Shown: piece by piece, positions 9,334-19,035 of the stretch
How positions within the stretch are numbered: the stretch's first letter is position 1
Layout of the letters: every line of letters begins with the position of its first letter
From: an uncultured Candidatus Saccharibacteria bacterium
GTDB taxonomy: Bacteria; Patescibacteriota; Minisyncoccia; Phycocordibacterales; UBA6065
Assembly (NCBI GenBank): GCA_964495425.1
Contig: CAZBVG010000004.1
Location: forward strand, 63,633 to 127,632
Direction: 5' to 3'
Length of the DNA stretch: 64,000 nt
The notes under the pieces: generated by a model
Database searches by the model: none
What the model saw: only the letters and a program-made list of their open reading frames with translations
Told to the model about the DNA's origin: nothing
Program-made: the position numbers and the translations under genes

Positions 9334-10301
9334 TGAAATATTGTTACGCTCGCTTGCCCTCCTTGCAATATTCTTTCATTGTGCTGAACATTAAGCTCAA
9401 TCACTGCTTGACCCCCCTCTGCCCCACGTATCGTGATTTCGTTTTTATTTGAAAAGTTTGTATTCCTTACCCCATTTACGAGCCAGTCAAGCGAAATCGA
9501 CGGTGAATTTATCTTTGAAATTGAGAAATCAAAAGGCACTGCTCGAAGAGTGAGTTCCTCTTGGTTTAAATTGATATTATTTGGAATCACGTGCTCGTAA
9601 ATAACACCAATGAGAGGATTGTTTTCATAGAATAAAATTTCTGGTGTGCTGGGAGTTATAGTTATTGCTTTTGATCCGCTCATATCGTCATTTTGATTTG
9701 AAACCACAACAGAGATTTCATCTTCGCCGCGTACGTAGCTCTCTTGCATTCCAGAATAGGAATCTTTTCCGTAACCAGACTGATCTTGAACAGCGCTCCC
9801 GTTTTTCTTCCAAATATAAATTAGTGTTTTCGGGTCGAGTCTTTTCCCTGTTGAATTATAAAATTCAGGTATTGCAGTCACTTTAAATTTTGTACCGTAA
9901 GCTTCAAGAGCTCTTCCTTTATAAAAAGGTGGTGTATATCCGTCTGATTCCCAGAGTAAGGTTATGTCTACAGGGTTAAATGACGTTTGCCTTGTGATTG
10001 TTCCAAAGGAACCAGAAATAGTTGCTGAGACACGCGTAATCAAACCCGCTTTACCTGTAGGAACCTCAATTGAGGTTATGCCCTTCCCCTTTTTAAAAAC
10101 CTTACCATTGACGGTCCATGTTATGGTTGCAGAGTCAATATCGGTACCGATTGCAGAAATTTTAACAACGACAGTTGCATTGGGTCGTGGTGATTGCGGG
10201 TTAAGTTGCAAGACGACATCAGTATTCTGCGCATACGCGGTCAAAAAAACGAAACTCGATAGAAAGAGAACAAAAAAAGTACGTTGTAACAAGCGAAACA
10301 T
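9330..10301 (-). CDS. Secreted protein (signal peptide), operon member
   Basis: N-terminal signal peptide MFRLLQRTFFVLFLSSFVFLTAYAQ. A 4-nt ATGA overlap with the downstream gene indicates coupling. Confidence 0.5.
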   Translation of the reverse strand: MFRLLQRTFFVLFLSSFVFLTAYAQNTDVVLQLNPQSPRPNATVVVKISAIGTDIDSATITWTVNGKVFKKGKGITSIEVPTGKAGLITRVSATISGSFGTITRQTSFNPVDITLLWESDGYTPPFYKGRALEAYGTKFKVTAIPEFYNSTGKRLDPKTLIYIWKKNGSAVQDQSGYGKDSYSGMQESYVRGEDEISVVVSNQNDDMSGSKAITITPSTPEILFYENNPLIGVIYEHVIPNNINLNQEELTLRAVPFDFSISKINSPSISLDWLVNGVRNTNFSNKNEITIRGAEGGQAVIELNVQHNERILQGGQASVTIFQ

Positions 10302-10361
10302 ACGGTTATTCTAGCATAAAAAATGCCCTGAAATCGCAAAGCGCCTGTTAATAAACATCGT

Positions 10362-12167
10362 TTAGAGTTGTTGGTTCTTTTTTGCCTCTTTTATAGCCAA
10401 TATTTGCGATGGATCTGAGGTGATAATCTGGTCTTCAGTGTAGGAAGCGATGATTTTAATAGCCACATGCTTCAATCCTACGAAGAAGATACCCTCACCC
10501 ACGTCTGATTCCAACAAGAGATACTTTTCCTCATCGGTAAGGTTAAAGACTTGTTGTAGCCTATCGATCGATGATGGGGACTGTTTTAGAAGGATTTGTA
10601 TAGAAGAGTTGGTAATAATCGGTGTTCCATAAGGAGATTTGAGGAAGTCGTCCACGTCCTGGGTAATAGTTGCCACTCCAAGGAAGTATTTTCGGCCTCG
10701 TTTTGCCAAACCAAGAAGGAATGAGGCGGTATCCTCGGATTTCATCATCCACCATGCCTCGTCGATCACAAGGAGACGCTTTTTGAGGTTTTTACGGATA
10801 GCGTTCCAGATATAGTGGGTCACAATATACATTGCCACTGGTTTAAGCTCTTCTTCCATGTCTCGAAGAGAGAAGACGATGAATTTCGCGCCGATATCTA
10901 CGTTTGTTGGCTGATTTATGAAGCCAGACCAGGTTCCTTTGGTGTACTTGGTAAGTCTTTGAACAAGTGACTCCCCTCCTTCCATACCCGCAAGTACCAA
11001 TTCAAAGTCCGAAAGAAGTGGTGGTTGAATGTTTTTGAAGTCAGAATCAGGTGTGATGTCTTTGAGAGCGTAAGTTTCAGTAATTGCCTTGTCGATAAGC
11101 GCATCTTCTTCAGGTGTGAGACCCCCCATCATGATTCTAAAGAGACCTACAAGGTTAATGATGTTTGATCGAAGCACATCTGCGCCAGATTCGTCCTCGC
11201 GCGGTACCGGAAGATCAAATGGGTTGATGTGATGCTCAGAGTTAAGTGAGATATTGAAGTATTTTCCACCAGTTGCCTCTGCAAGGAACTCATATTCCCT
11301 CTCTGGGTCGATAACAATCACATCTGTATCGAACATGAGTGTTCGAAGGATTTCGAGTTTCGTTGTGTATGACTTACCAGCACCAGACTTTGCAAAGGTA
11401 ATTGAATTGTAGTTTTCAAGGGAGAATCGATCGAAAAGTACAAGAGATGAATTGTGTCGGTTAATACCGTACAAAATTCCCTTATCCGACGTGAGGTCGA
11501 ATGAAATAAATGGGAATAGTGAAGAAAGTGGTGATGAGTTGAGCTTTGAATGCACCAAAAGTTCATCGGTTGCAGTTGGTAAGTTTGATTTATAGCCTTG
11601 TTCCTGTTGGAAAAGTGCCGGTTTTACATATACGAGCTTTGATTCAAGGATTGATTTGATTTCAGACTCAGTTTTGTCGAGTTCTGCCTCTGAATCGCCA
11701 TAAATAGAGATATATACACCCACATCAAAGAGTTTTTCTTGCGCCTGCTGGAGCTGATCTCGGAGGTTTTCAAGGTCTTGATATGCCGTATCAAGCATTG
11801 GATCGCGTACAAGCCCCTTCTGTTCCCTGATGGCAATCTGGCTTTGCACCTCAGCAACCTTTTTCTGGAATTGGCGAAGCACTTTGGCGGTTTCAACAGG
11901 GTGAACAAAGATAGAAATATTGAAAACCTTGTCGAGGTTAATGATTGGGGCAAACCAGCTTTCACCAAGGAAGCGTGGATATGAAATAACAAAGAAGCTG
12001 CGAACGATTTTGTCACCAAGATTGAGTTCTCGAGGAGAAACCTTCAAGGCCGATGGCGCAATGACATCCTTCAATTCCAAAACTCCCGCTTCGTATATTT
12101 CCTGTGGAAGAATTGGGGCGATTCTTGTACTGTCGTCTTTCTTTTTAAGAAAATCAAAGATTCCCAT
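10362..12167 (-). CDS. VirB4/TrbE/CagE-family T4SS ATPase, C-terminal ATPase part
   Basis: Walker A AKSGAGKSYTTK, Walker B LLVIDEAWWMM (DEAW is typical of VirB4/TraC), and a downstream ITQDVDDF motif. Confidence 0.8.
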   Translation of the reverse strand: MGIFDFLKKKDDSTRIAPILPQEIYEAGVLELKDVIAPSALKVSPRELNLGDKIVRSFFVISYPRFLGESWFAPIINLDKVFNISIFVHPVETAKVLRQFQKKVAEVQSQIAIREQKGLVRDPMLDTAYQDLENLRDQLQQAQEKLFDVGVYISIYGDSEAELDKTESEIKSILESKLVYVKPALFQQEQGYKSNLPTATDELLVHSKLNSSPLSSLFPFISFDLTSDKGILYGINRHNSSLVLFDRFSLENYNSITFAKSGAGKSYTTKLEILRTLMFDTDVIVIDPEREYEFLAEATGGKYFNISLNSEHHINPFDLPVPREDESGADVLRSNIINLVGLFRIMMGGLTPEEDALIDKAITETYALKDITPDSDFKNIQPPLLSDFELVLAGMEGGESLVQRLTKYTKGTWSGFINQPTNVDIGAKFIVFSLRDMEEELKPVAMYIVTHYIWNAIRKNLKKRLLVIDEAWWMMKSEDTASFLLGLAKRGRKYFLGVATITQDVDDFLKSPYGTPIITNSSIQILLKQSPSSIDRLQQVFNLTDEEKYLLLESDVGEGIFFVGLKHVAIKIIASYTEDQIITSDPSQILAIKEAKKNQQL

Positions 12168-12171
12168 ATGA

Positions 12172-12807
12172 TTATTTTAGTGCAATCGGCTTTTCGGTGT
12201 CCCCAGGATTGAATATCTTATAAAAAAGTTCGACGATTTCCTCGGTCCCAAGCTCTACTGTTCGGATACCGCATCGCACCAAACCTTGCGTGACCACACT
12301 CATTCTTTGTTCCAATTGACTGCGACGCTCTTCAAAATCTGCGGCTTTTTTTTCAGCACTCTCAGCAGCGTCTTTTTTCTTTCCCAAAAGATCAGCCACT
12401 CCCCCTTTATTGAGAAGTGCTGGTGAATATGGCACCACAACGAAGAATGTTTTCGTCATGATGTTTGAATTTTCTGTGAAATTCTTGATGAATTGAATAT
12501 ATTCCCGTGTCTGAATTTTCAAAAGATCGCTCATTTGCTCTTTGAGTCGGTTTTCAAGCAAAGCGATATAGGGGCGGATATCAAGCCGACGTGACTGAAT
12601 AAAGATCTGTACTGAAAAGTCGAGTGAATTGAGAAAATTTTGGAACTGAAGAAGGATGGATTGCTGTTCGTCAGCTGATTTAAGAGCAAAGTTAAGAGAT
12701 GAGGCCATAATAATGCCACGTAGCGAATCATCCTTGAGGATTACGATCCCTTGCTTTATTTCCTTGATTGGAACGAACTCTTGAGTGGTTTTAGCGTTTA
12801 CTGCCAT
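12172..12807 (-). CDS. VirB4 N-terminal domain fragment (split gene or frameshift)
   Basis: The 211 aa ORF ends 4 nt before the ATPase ORF and lies in a different frame. Together the two ORFs total ~812 aa, a typical VirB4 length. The N-terminal pattern (..VPIKEIKQGIVILKDDSLRGIIMASSLNFAL.S..EQ) resembles the VirB4 N-domain. Confidence 0.5.
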   Translation of the reverse strand: MAVNAKTTQEFVPIKEIKQGIVILKDDSLRGIIMASSLNFALKSADEQQSILLQFQNFLNSLDFSVQIFIQSRRLDIRPYIALLENRLKEQMSDLLKIQTREYIQFIKNFTENSNIMTKTFFVVVPYSPALLNKGGVADLLGKKKDAAESAEKKAADFEERRSQLEQRMSVVTQGLVRCGIRTVELGTEEIVELFYKIFNPGDTEKPIALK

Positions 12808-12844
12808 GCAAATAAATTATGGGTACAGTATATCGTACTTTTTT

Positions 12845-13285
12845 CTAGAACGTTTTCTTCCCCTGCTCATTCTGTGCCGGGGTCTGGCTTTGTTTGATAT
12901 CAAGTGACCAGGTGAGATCTTTAAGCTTGCTGTCAGAGAGCTTTGGGACATAAAAGCTTGATGTTGGGTCATTTTCCTCACCCGGCTTTGGAGTTATTGG
13001 TTTTTCCACCTTCTTCCAAAGGTATAGTTTGCTCTTTGTATAGTAGTTAAATGCCGATTCTATGACATTTATGAAGGGCTTGTTGTTTACTTTGTAGAAT
13101 GAAAGGACAAAGGTGAAAGCAATTACTGGTAAGATAAAAATGAGGCTTATAAAGAGGTTTTTTATAATTGCGTAGAATATAAATGATATTCCCGCTCCAC
13201 TCAAAAGATAGATGAACTGCTTGATAGTAAGTGGTCCAAAAATTTTATCTTCTACTTCAATGAATTGAGGAACTTGAAATCTCAT
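12845..13285 (-). CDS. PrgI/VirB3-like small membrane protein
   Basis: 146 aa. The N-terminal motif FQVPQFIEVEDKIFGPLTIKQFIYL is followed by two TM helices, which is the architecture of PrgI-family (VirB3-like) proteins of Gram-positive-type T4SS. It sits adjacent to VirB4. Confidence 0.5.
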   Translation of the reverse strand: MRFQVPQFIEVEDKIFGPLTIKQFIYLLSGAGISFIFYAIIKNLFISLIFILPVIAFTFVLSFYKVNNKPFINVIESAFNYYTKSKLYLWKKVEKPITPKPGEENDPTSSFYVPKLSDSKLKDLTWSLDIKQSQTPAQNEQGKKTF

Positions 13286-13335
13286 AGGTTAAGTATAACT
13301 CAAAACAAAATCCACCTAAATAGGGTGGATTTTGT

Positions 13336-14052
13336 TTAGAGCGCGGGCTCTCGGTACGGGTCGCTTGAAGATTTTTGCGGAGGTTTTTGTTCCTGGGGAT
13401 TTTCTATCAAATTTGTTCTTTGCGCCGGAAGATTTGTGGGTTGAGCTAGTTTACTTGTAAGGAAATCCTGAGCAATTCGGTTCTTTGTGACTTCCCAAGG
13501 CTTATCTGGACCACGCTTCAACCTATCTAGATCGGGCTGTGGGACAGGCAGGATAGGTTTTACTGGTTCTGGATTTTCGATTTCAGTAAGAACTTTGCGT
13601 GGGGTCGGCATTATAACTGCTCTATTTTGTGTTGGGGTCGGTGTTGGTTGAGTTGCGGGCGTCGGTCGTGCGGGAATGTAGTTCGATGGGGGTTTAGGCG
13701 CAACAGGCACAGACTTTGGTGTTATTGGATTGCTTTCGGTATTACCTTTAATCACAAGAGCTCTATAAGCAACAAATATTTTTTCATTCACCTCTTTCAT
13801 AATAGATTCAAGGGTGTTTGGATCAAGCGAGAGTTCAACCGCAAGCGAGGATTTAACGTCAGAAGTTTTTATGAGGCCAATCAAAGTCGCAAACAGGATA
13901 TCTCCAAGCGCTCCGATTTTATCTATATGAAGATTATACTTCTTCCCTATTGTGTTATAGCTATCAGTAAAGGTATCAGAAGCAAGATAATCCTTCTGTT
14001 CATCTGATAATCGTTTATATGCCTCAAGTTTTTGTTCTTTTGGGATGTTCAT
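13336..14052 (-). CDS. Pro-rich hypothetical protein (operon member)
   Basis: 238 aa with a PT-rich linker (PTPATQPTPTPTQ) and no known domain. Confidence 0.45.
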   Translation of the reverse strand: MNIPKEQKLEAYKRLSDEQKDYLASDTFTDSYNTIGKKYNLHIDKIGALGDILFATLIGLIKTSDVKSSLAVELSLDPNTLESIMKEVNEKIFVAYRALVIKGNTESNPITPKSVPVAPKPPSNYIPARPTPATQPTPTPTQNRAVIMPTPRKVLTEIENPEPVKPILPVPQPDLDRLKRGPDKPWEVTKNRIAQDFLTSKLAQPTNLPAQRTNLIENPQEQKPPQKSSSDPYREPAL

Positions 14053-14054
14053 AT

Positions 14055-16475
14055 TTAGAAGCTCTCACCTACTGGATTATCGGTGAACCATTTATTAACC
14101 TTTTTCACGTTAGCGTCAGCATTAGGTGTAAGTGCACCATAAACTCCCCTGGCCGCATCGGCAAAACGCTTTTTAATTGCTGCTCGTTGGGTGCTATCTA
14201 ACTCGTCTATTGCCTTAGAGAGAGTCTTAGGTGTCATACGAATCGAAACTTCAAAATTGTCTAACCTGTCTTTCCACCCCAATTTCGCAATTTCATTTTC
14301 TTCTAACTTATCAAGTTCCATTTCAATGGTTGGTCCGTTAGTGCGTAGTATTGCAGCATCAAGATCCTGGTATCGAGTCTTCTTCATATCTGCCTTTATG
14401 ACGCCAGGAAGCTTCTTATTCTTCATGAGCTTATCGAACTTGTCATAATCCATGATCTTAGGATTGATGAAGTCATATGATCGAAGGTCGCCTGGAGAAA
14501 GATTCTGAAGTTCCTCGTCAGAGTGATTCCTAATAGCCTTTTTGATCTCATCAGTATTCTTGCTTTTGAGCGCAAGATTAACATCAGAGAGACGTGTTGC
14601 CCAGATTTTTTGTTTACCCGCATCGCTTTCCTGCTTATCAGCAAGATGGTCGACCTGACTCTGAGAGATGGTCTGAAGAAAGACTTCGTTCCCCAGGATT
14701 TTTTTATCAAGTTTCTCAAGTTCTTTGTTACCGAGTTTCTGAGCTTGGTCTGCAATTCTAAGCTTTGCCGCCTGAACTTTAGCATCACCATTAAAGCTTT
14801 GAAGTGCTGATGAATAATCTGCTTGTGCAGAAGCCAGCGCTGCAGCTGTTCCTGTTCCGTTTTTAAGTGCTGTAGATGCATTGTCCATAGCAAGCTTTTT
14901 CGTAATAAGATCTAAATCCTCAGCAGCTTTTTTGAGGTCGCCTTCGATGTCCTTAAGAATATTTTCATCTGCTTCGGCAATTTTGCGTTCTTCCGCCCAC
15001 GCCGCAGTCTGTGCCCCAAGCTCCTTTTTATCCCAGGCTTTTGCATCAATCTTAGCGTCGGTTGTGCTACTAAGTGAACCGCTTAAGAGTGAGCCAACAT
15101 TGGTCTTGTCGGTACCAATATTTCGTATATCAAGAGTACCCGATTTAAGTGTTTTTTGTGCGGCATCCATTGCTTTGCGTGGATCCTTTATGTATTTACC
15201 AATTTTTGATGTGGTTAGAATTGGAGGTAGGTTCTCGATAGCCGCCTTTTTAAATGCTGCACCCTTCGCCCCATTCTGCGCAGCTGCGGCCGCAAGACCT
15301 CCTCGCGCTAGAACTCGAGTTCCCATTGCAACACCACCTATTCCAAGCGTCGTTACTGCTGTTACAGCGAGTTTGCCTAAGCTGTCTGCAATTCCGCCAA
15401 GAGTCTTACCCATTTCCCCGCTATTTTCTTTTGCAATTTTAAGTACAGTACGAAGGAGGAAGATGACTAAGAAATATTGGAAAAATTGAGCTACTGTGAA
15501 ATTACTGATAAGTGCAATAGAGTTGGTCTTTGCATCAAAAAGTTTTCCACCCAAGTTTCCTAGGCTATTTATAAATTGAAGTGCTATGTAAAGCATCAAG
15601 AGAGTCGCAAGAGGAAAAACCGCTGCTGATAACAGCTCCTCTTTCCAATCTCCAGCATGCTTTTTTAACTGAGGCAATACGCCACCCATAAATCCCAGGG
15701 GCGAAAATACCAATAGAAAAAGTATCGTTATGCTTCTCGAAATAAAAAGAATCGCACAATATAAGAAGATGTAGGATGTCGTGCATACAATTATGAGTCG
15801 CAACATGACACCAATGAAACCCTTTGTGCCATCAGTTACCTGTTCCACATAATCTTGTGCATTAGCTGCGTTAGCATTCGTGGTTGCAGACCAAAATCCT
15901 ATAATACCGAGTCGTGTTGCAATGAGTCCGCTAAGACTTACAGGGCTTGATCGGTCGCTACTGTTGCTTACAAGGGTGTTTTGAACACCTTGATAGAGCC
16001 AGTTACCAAAAATGTTACTTACATCAACAACAGCTTTTGTGATGAAGAGGCTGAAGTTAATAAGAATTGCGGCAATGATCACGTTCTTAAGCATGTTCAT
16101 TGTGCCAAAACGCGTGCCATTAATGATTGTTCCTAGGCTAATCCATATGAGGATAAATATAAAGAATATATTTGCTATGTCGCGAATAATCACCCACCCA
16201 AGATTAATTGCCGGTGAAAGGCTAAATATATATGCGGTATTGATACTGAACTGGATCGCAATATCCATTATCAATCCACATAAATACATTATGCCCGCCG
16301 CAAGGGGGAGTATATAAAGCTCAAAAGGGAGCATGATGAGCCTTTGTATGGTGCCAAGGGCAATACCATCAAGGCTAAACCATCCAGCGTGGGCATGGTG
16401 AGGGATTATAAAAAGCGCAACAACAAGACTGAGGATAGAAGTGATTGCGGCAGGTTTTGTAAAGAAACGCTTCAT
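14055..16475 (-). CDS. Large polytopic membrane protein, VirB6/TrbL-like candidate with a C-terminal coiled-coil domain
   Basis: 806 aa. The N-terminal ~430 aa carry a signal peptide and many TM helices. The C-terminal ~370 aa are Ala/Lys/Asp-rich predicted coiled coil. Size and position match the VirB6-like proteins of minimal T4SS. Inference. Confidence 0.45.
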   Translation of the reverse strand: MKRFFTKPAAITSILSLVVALFIIPHHAHAGWFSLDGIALGTIQRLIMLPFELYILPLAAGIMYLCGLIMDIAIQFSINTAYIFSLSPAINLGWVIIRDIANIFFIFILIWISLGTIINGTRFGTMNMLKNVIIAAILINFSLFITKAVVDVSNIFGNWLYQGVQNTLVSNSSDRSSPVSLSGLIATRLGIIGFWSATTNANAANAQDYVEQVTDGTKGFIGVMLRLIIVCTTSYIFLYCAILFISRSITILFLLVFSPLGFMGGVLPQLKKHAGDWKEELLSAAVFPLATLLMLYIALQFINSLGNLGGKLFDAKTNSIALISNFTVAQFFQYFLVIFLLRTVLKIAKENSGEMGKTLGGIADSLGKLAVTAVTTLGIGGVAMGTRVLARGGLAAAAAQNGAKGAAFKKAAIENLPPILTTSKIGKYIKDPRKAMDAAQKTLKSGTLDIRNIGTDKTNVGSLLSGSLSSTTDAKIDAKAWDKKELGAQTAAWAEERKIAEADENILKDIEGDLKKAAEDLDLITKKLAMDNASTALKNGTGTAAALASAQADYSSALQSFNGDAKVQAAKLRIADQAQKLGNKELEKLDKKILGNEVFLQTISQSQVDHLADKQESDAGKQKIWATRLSDVNLALKSKNTDEIKKAIRNHSDEELQNLSPGDLRSYDFINPKIMDYDKFDKLMKNKKLPGVIKADMKKTRYQDLDAAILRTNGPTIEMELDKLEENEIAKLGWKDRLDNFEVSIRMTPKTLSKAIDELDSTQRAAIKKRFADAARGVYGALTPNADANVKKVNKWFTDNPVGESF

Positions 16476-16479
16476 ATAT

Positions 16480-18054
16480 TTATTGGACGGTTATGTAGTG
16501 ATCTTTAAGTCCAAGCGTGTTTCCTTGAACGTCATACACAACAGTTTGGAATGCGTAATTTCCAGGAACCCCTCCAGGCTTCTTGGTCGCGGTAATTCTC
16601 ACGGTAAAAGGTTTACCACTGTCCGTCCAAATATCACTCCACCCTACTGTCGCTTGTGGGTTTGAGGTAATCGGGAATGTGCTCGAGGTTCCATCGGCTC
16701 GGACGAATTCAATATTTATATTAGAAAATGCTACAGAGAATGGAACATCTGCCATAGTACTTGCATTCTTGAATGCTGTTCGCATGAGAAGGCCATCGGT
16801 TCGATAATTAGTTGCCAATTCCGCTTCGTAGAAAAGGGTGCTTGCAGCACTAACAAATGTTGAGTTGCCTGGATTAAGTGTTAGATCGAGCGTCTGTGTC
16901 CCGGTAGGCCCACCTACTGTTGGTGAATTACCCGACGGTCCGCCAGCGCCACCAGCCTCTACAGGAGGTGGGTTACTGAGGGCTGAATTAAAGTCGCTAG
17001 CACCAGTAGCAAGACCGGTTTTCAAGGCGCCACCAAGTGTTCCCTCGTCTCCTGTTATTACGGTAGGCTGGGCCGAGGCGTTGTAATCAGATGGTTGAAC
17101 GACAGTTTTTCGTTTTCCTCGGTTACCACCAAGAAGTCCAAATGAATTGTTCATGATTTGCTTTACAAGTTGATTTGTCAGCGCATCGTAAACAGCATTG
17201 ATGTCATTTGCGAGACCTATCTGTTGAAGATCAACATTTAGAGTTGCACTTAAACGATCTTGAATAATAATTCCTGGAGTTTCGATAGTACATGTTTCTT
17301 TTCCGGTAGCATCTTTTTCACAGAATTTCCAATTTTTGAAACCGTTACCCCAATCAAGATACTTTTCCTCTATAGCCTGGGCATCAATGATTCTTCGTGA
17401 TAACTCATCCTGCGCAATCATATATGCGCCGTAGGCATTATTTTTTGGGACGGTTGTGACTTGTAACCAGTTGTCCCATCCCCCACTATTATCTCCAGCA
17501 ACAAATCCTGTCACATTATCTATAACCTTGGTTAGCGTACACGAGGCCCGTTTGTTGTAGGGTAATCGGCTTTGTGCCAAAGCTATTCTGAGTTTGAAAG
17601 AAAATTGTGAGCACAAAAAGGGCGCTTCTTTTGCTATGAAGTCACCTATAACCTGATCCGCGGTGTCTTTGAGTAGCCCTTCAAAATTCACCTCAAATCC
17701 TGGATTTCCTTGGAAACCGTTGTTTATCCAGGCAACCGTATCCATTGTCATTTTATTAAGAAGAGCCTTTGCCATTTTTACGACAAGAGGTTTGAAAATA
17801 CAGTCAGAAACAAAGCTTCCGGCAGAGCTTAATTTTGTGGTCGAGTCGTTTGAGGTAGCGACGCGAGTCATTTCATCGGTTGCAGCGCTAAAACCAAGCG
17901 CGGCAGCAACTTGTGAAAGACATGACGCCTGCGCTGCAGACTTTTTAGGGTATAAAAAGAAACCGCTCGGTATTAGAAGAGTGAGGATGAGGACAGAAAG
18001 GACTGTTTTTTTGCAAAAACGAGAAATCATGTATCTCGAAAAGATAGAGGTCAA
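16480..18054 (-). CDS. Secreted protein with a Gly/Pro-rich region (operon member)
   Basis: 524 aa with an N-terminal TM/signal and a PPVEAGGAGGPSGNSPTVGGPTGT segment. No family recognised. Confidence 0.5.
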   Translation of the reverse strand: MTSIFSRYMISRFCKKTVLSVLILTLLIPSGFFLYPKKSAAQASCLSQVAAALGFSAATDEMTRVATSNDSTTKLSSAGSFVSDCIFKPLVVKMAKALLNKMTMDTVAWINNGFQGNPGFEVNFEGLLKDTADQVIGDFIAKEAPFLCSQFSFKLRIALAQSRLPYNKRASCTLTKVIDNVTGFVAGDNSGGWDNWLQVTTVPKNNAYGAYMIAQDELSRRIIDAQAIEEKYLDWGNGFKNWKFCEKDATGKETCTIETPGIIIQDRLSATLNVDLQQIGLANDINAVYDALTNQLVKQIMNNSFGLLGGNRGKRKTVVQPSDYNASAQPTVITGDEGTLGGALKTGLATGASDFNSALSNPPPVEAGGAGGPSGNSPTVGGPTGTQTLDLTLNPGNSTFVSAASTLFYEAELATNYRTDGLLMRTAFKNASTMADVPFSVAFSNINIEFVRADGTSSTFPITSNPQATVGWSDIWTDSGKPFTVRITATKKPGGVPGNYAFQTVVYDVQGNTLGLKDHYITVQ

Positions 18055-18066
18055 GATAATTATACA

Positions 18067-18975
18067 CTACTTTAGAAAGAGGTATCCACTTTCAAATGAG
18101 GAAAACTCCACGTTTCTATTTTTAAGGTGGCTTGATATCACTCGGAGCGCTGGATCTATAGATTTTATACCGTCTTCATAACTTAACATGAGTCGAGCTG
18201 CTCCGATTGGGTCTGAGTCTATGTATGTCATGCCCTTAATGCCCTCAATTATCGCAGAAAGTGAGTTGAGAAATGCGAGGTGGGCATCGACAAGGTTCTT
18301 TGGGACAGCTATTTGAGACGCGATTTTACGTGCCTCGGTATAGCGAGCGATATTTTGAGGTAATTTTTCGAGATATGAAGCATCGTCTGTCTCATACACA
18401 TGATTTACAATAGCGATTTCACTTTCGTATCCAACTGGGGCAGGTCTACTTATTGCTGAGGCCATCTCATTGGCATATTTTTTCAATTCTGACGGTAAAT
18501 CAGTATCTAAGACAATAATATCTGTAATTGTATAGATTTTTTCTCCCTCAGGGCCACCATAATCCTTAGTTAGAAGCTCGTTCACGAAGCGAATGGTGGT
18601 GTTTTCGTCTATTACCCCACCCTTATTCTTGAAATCTACATATTTTTCAAGAAGTTCTCTTGAAAAGCGGTCTGTTGCAGTAATCGGGGCCGTTTCAGCA
18701 TCACTTTTTTCATAAGCATCCTTTAATTCTGCGATTTTGTCGTCAGTGGTAGATGTACTACTCACAGCTAAAAGGGCCTCTTCCCAACCAGACGTGTCAA
18801 TTTGGCCATTTTGCAAGGCCTTTTTAATGCTTTCTTGTGCGATAAGGTCGATTTTCGCTCTAACTGAATTACTAGACTTCTCGGTTGCCTTTTTGAGATA
18901 AATTCCTCCCCCAATAATTACAACAGCTGCTATAAGTGAAAGGCCGATACTTGAAAAGAGAAATTTTCGAATCAT
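18067..18975 (-). CDS. Membrane-anchored protein, first gene of the T4SS-like operon
   Basis: 302 aa with an N-terminal TM (IGLSLIAAVVIIGGGIYL). Confidence 0.5.
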   Translation of the reverse strand: MIRKFLFSSIGLSLIAAVVIIGGGIYLKKATEKSSNSVRAKIDLIAQESIKKALQNGQIDTSGWEEALLAVSSTSTTDDKIAELKDAYEKSDAETAPITATDRFSRELLEKYVDFKNKGGVIDENTTIRFVNELLTKDYGGPEGEKIYTITDIIVLDTDLPSELKKYANEMASAISRPAPVGYESEIAIVNHVYETDDASYLEKLPQNIARYTEARKIASQIAVPKNLVDAHLAFLNSLSAIIEGIKGMTYIDSDPIGAARLMLSYEDGIKSIDPALRVISSHLKNRNVEFSSFESGYLFLK

Positions 18976-19035
18976 ATGAAAAGTATATCAGGCTCTTACT
19001 ACGCTTCATAGAGAGAATGGTGCTATAATTTACAG

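Noticed and set aside
14881-15489. 202-aa plus-strand ORF (and others at 14191-14448, 14523-14810, 15254-15442) inside the VirB6-like gene
   Set aside because: These are antisense to a long Ala/Lys-rich coiled-coil coding region. They have low-complexity Ser/Ala/Pro composition and no start context. They are typical shadow ORFs.
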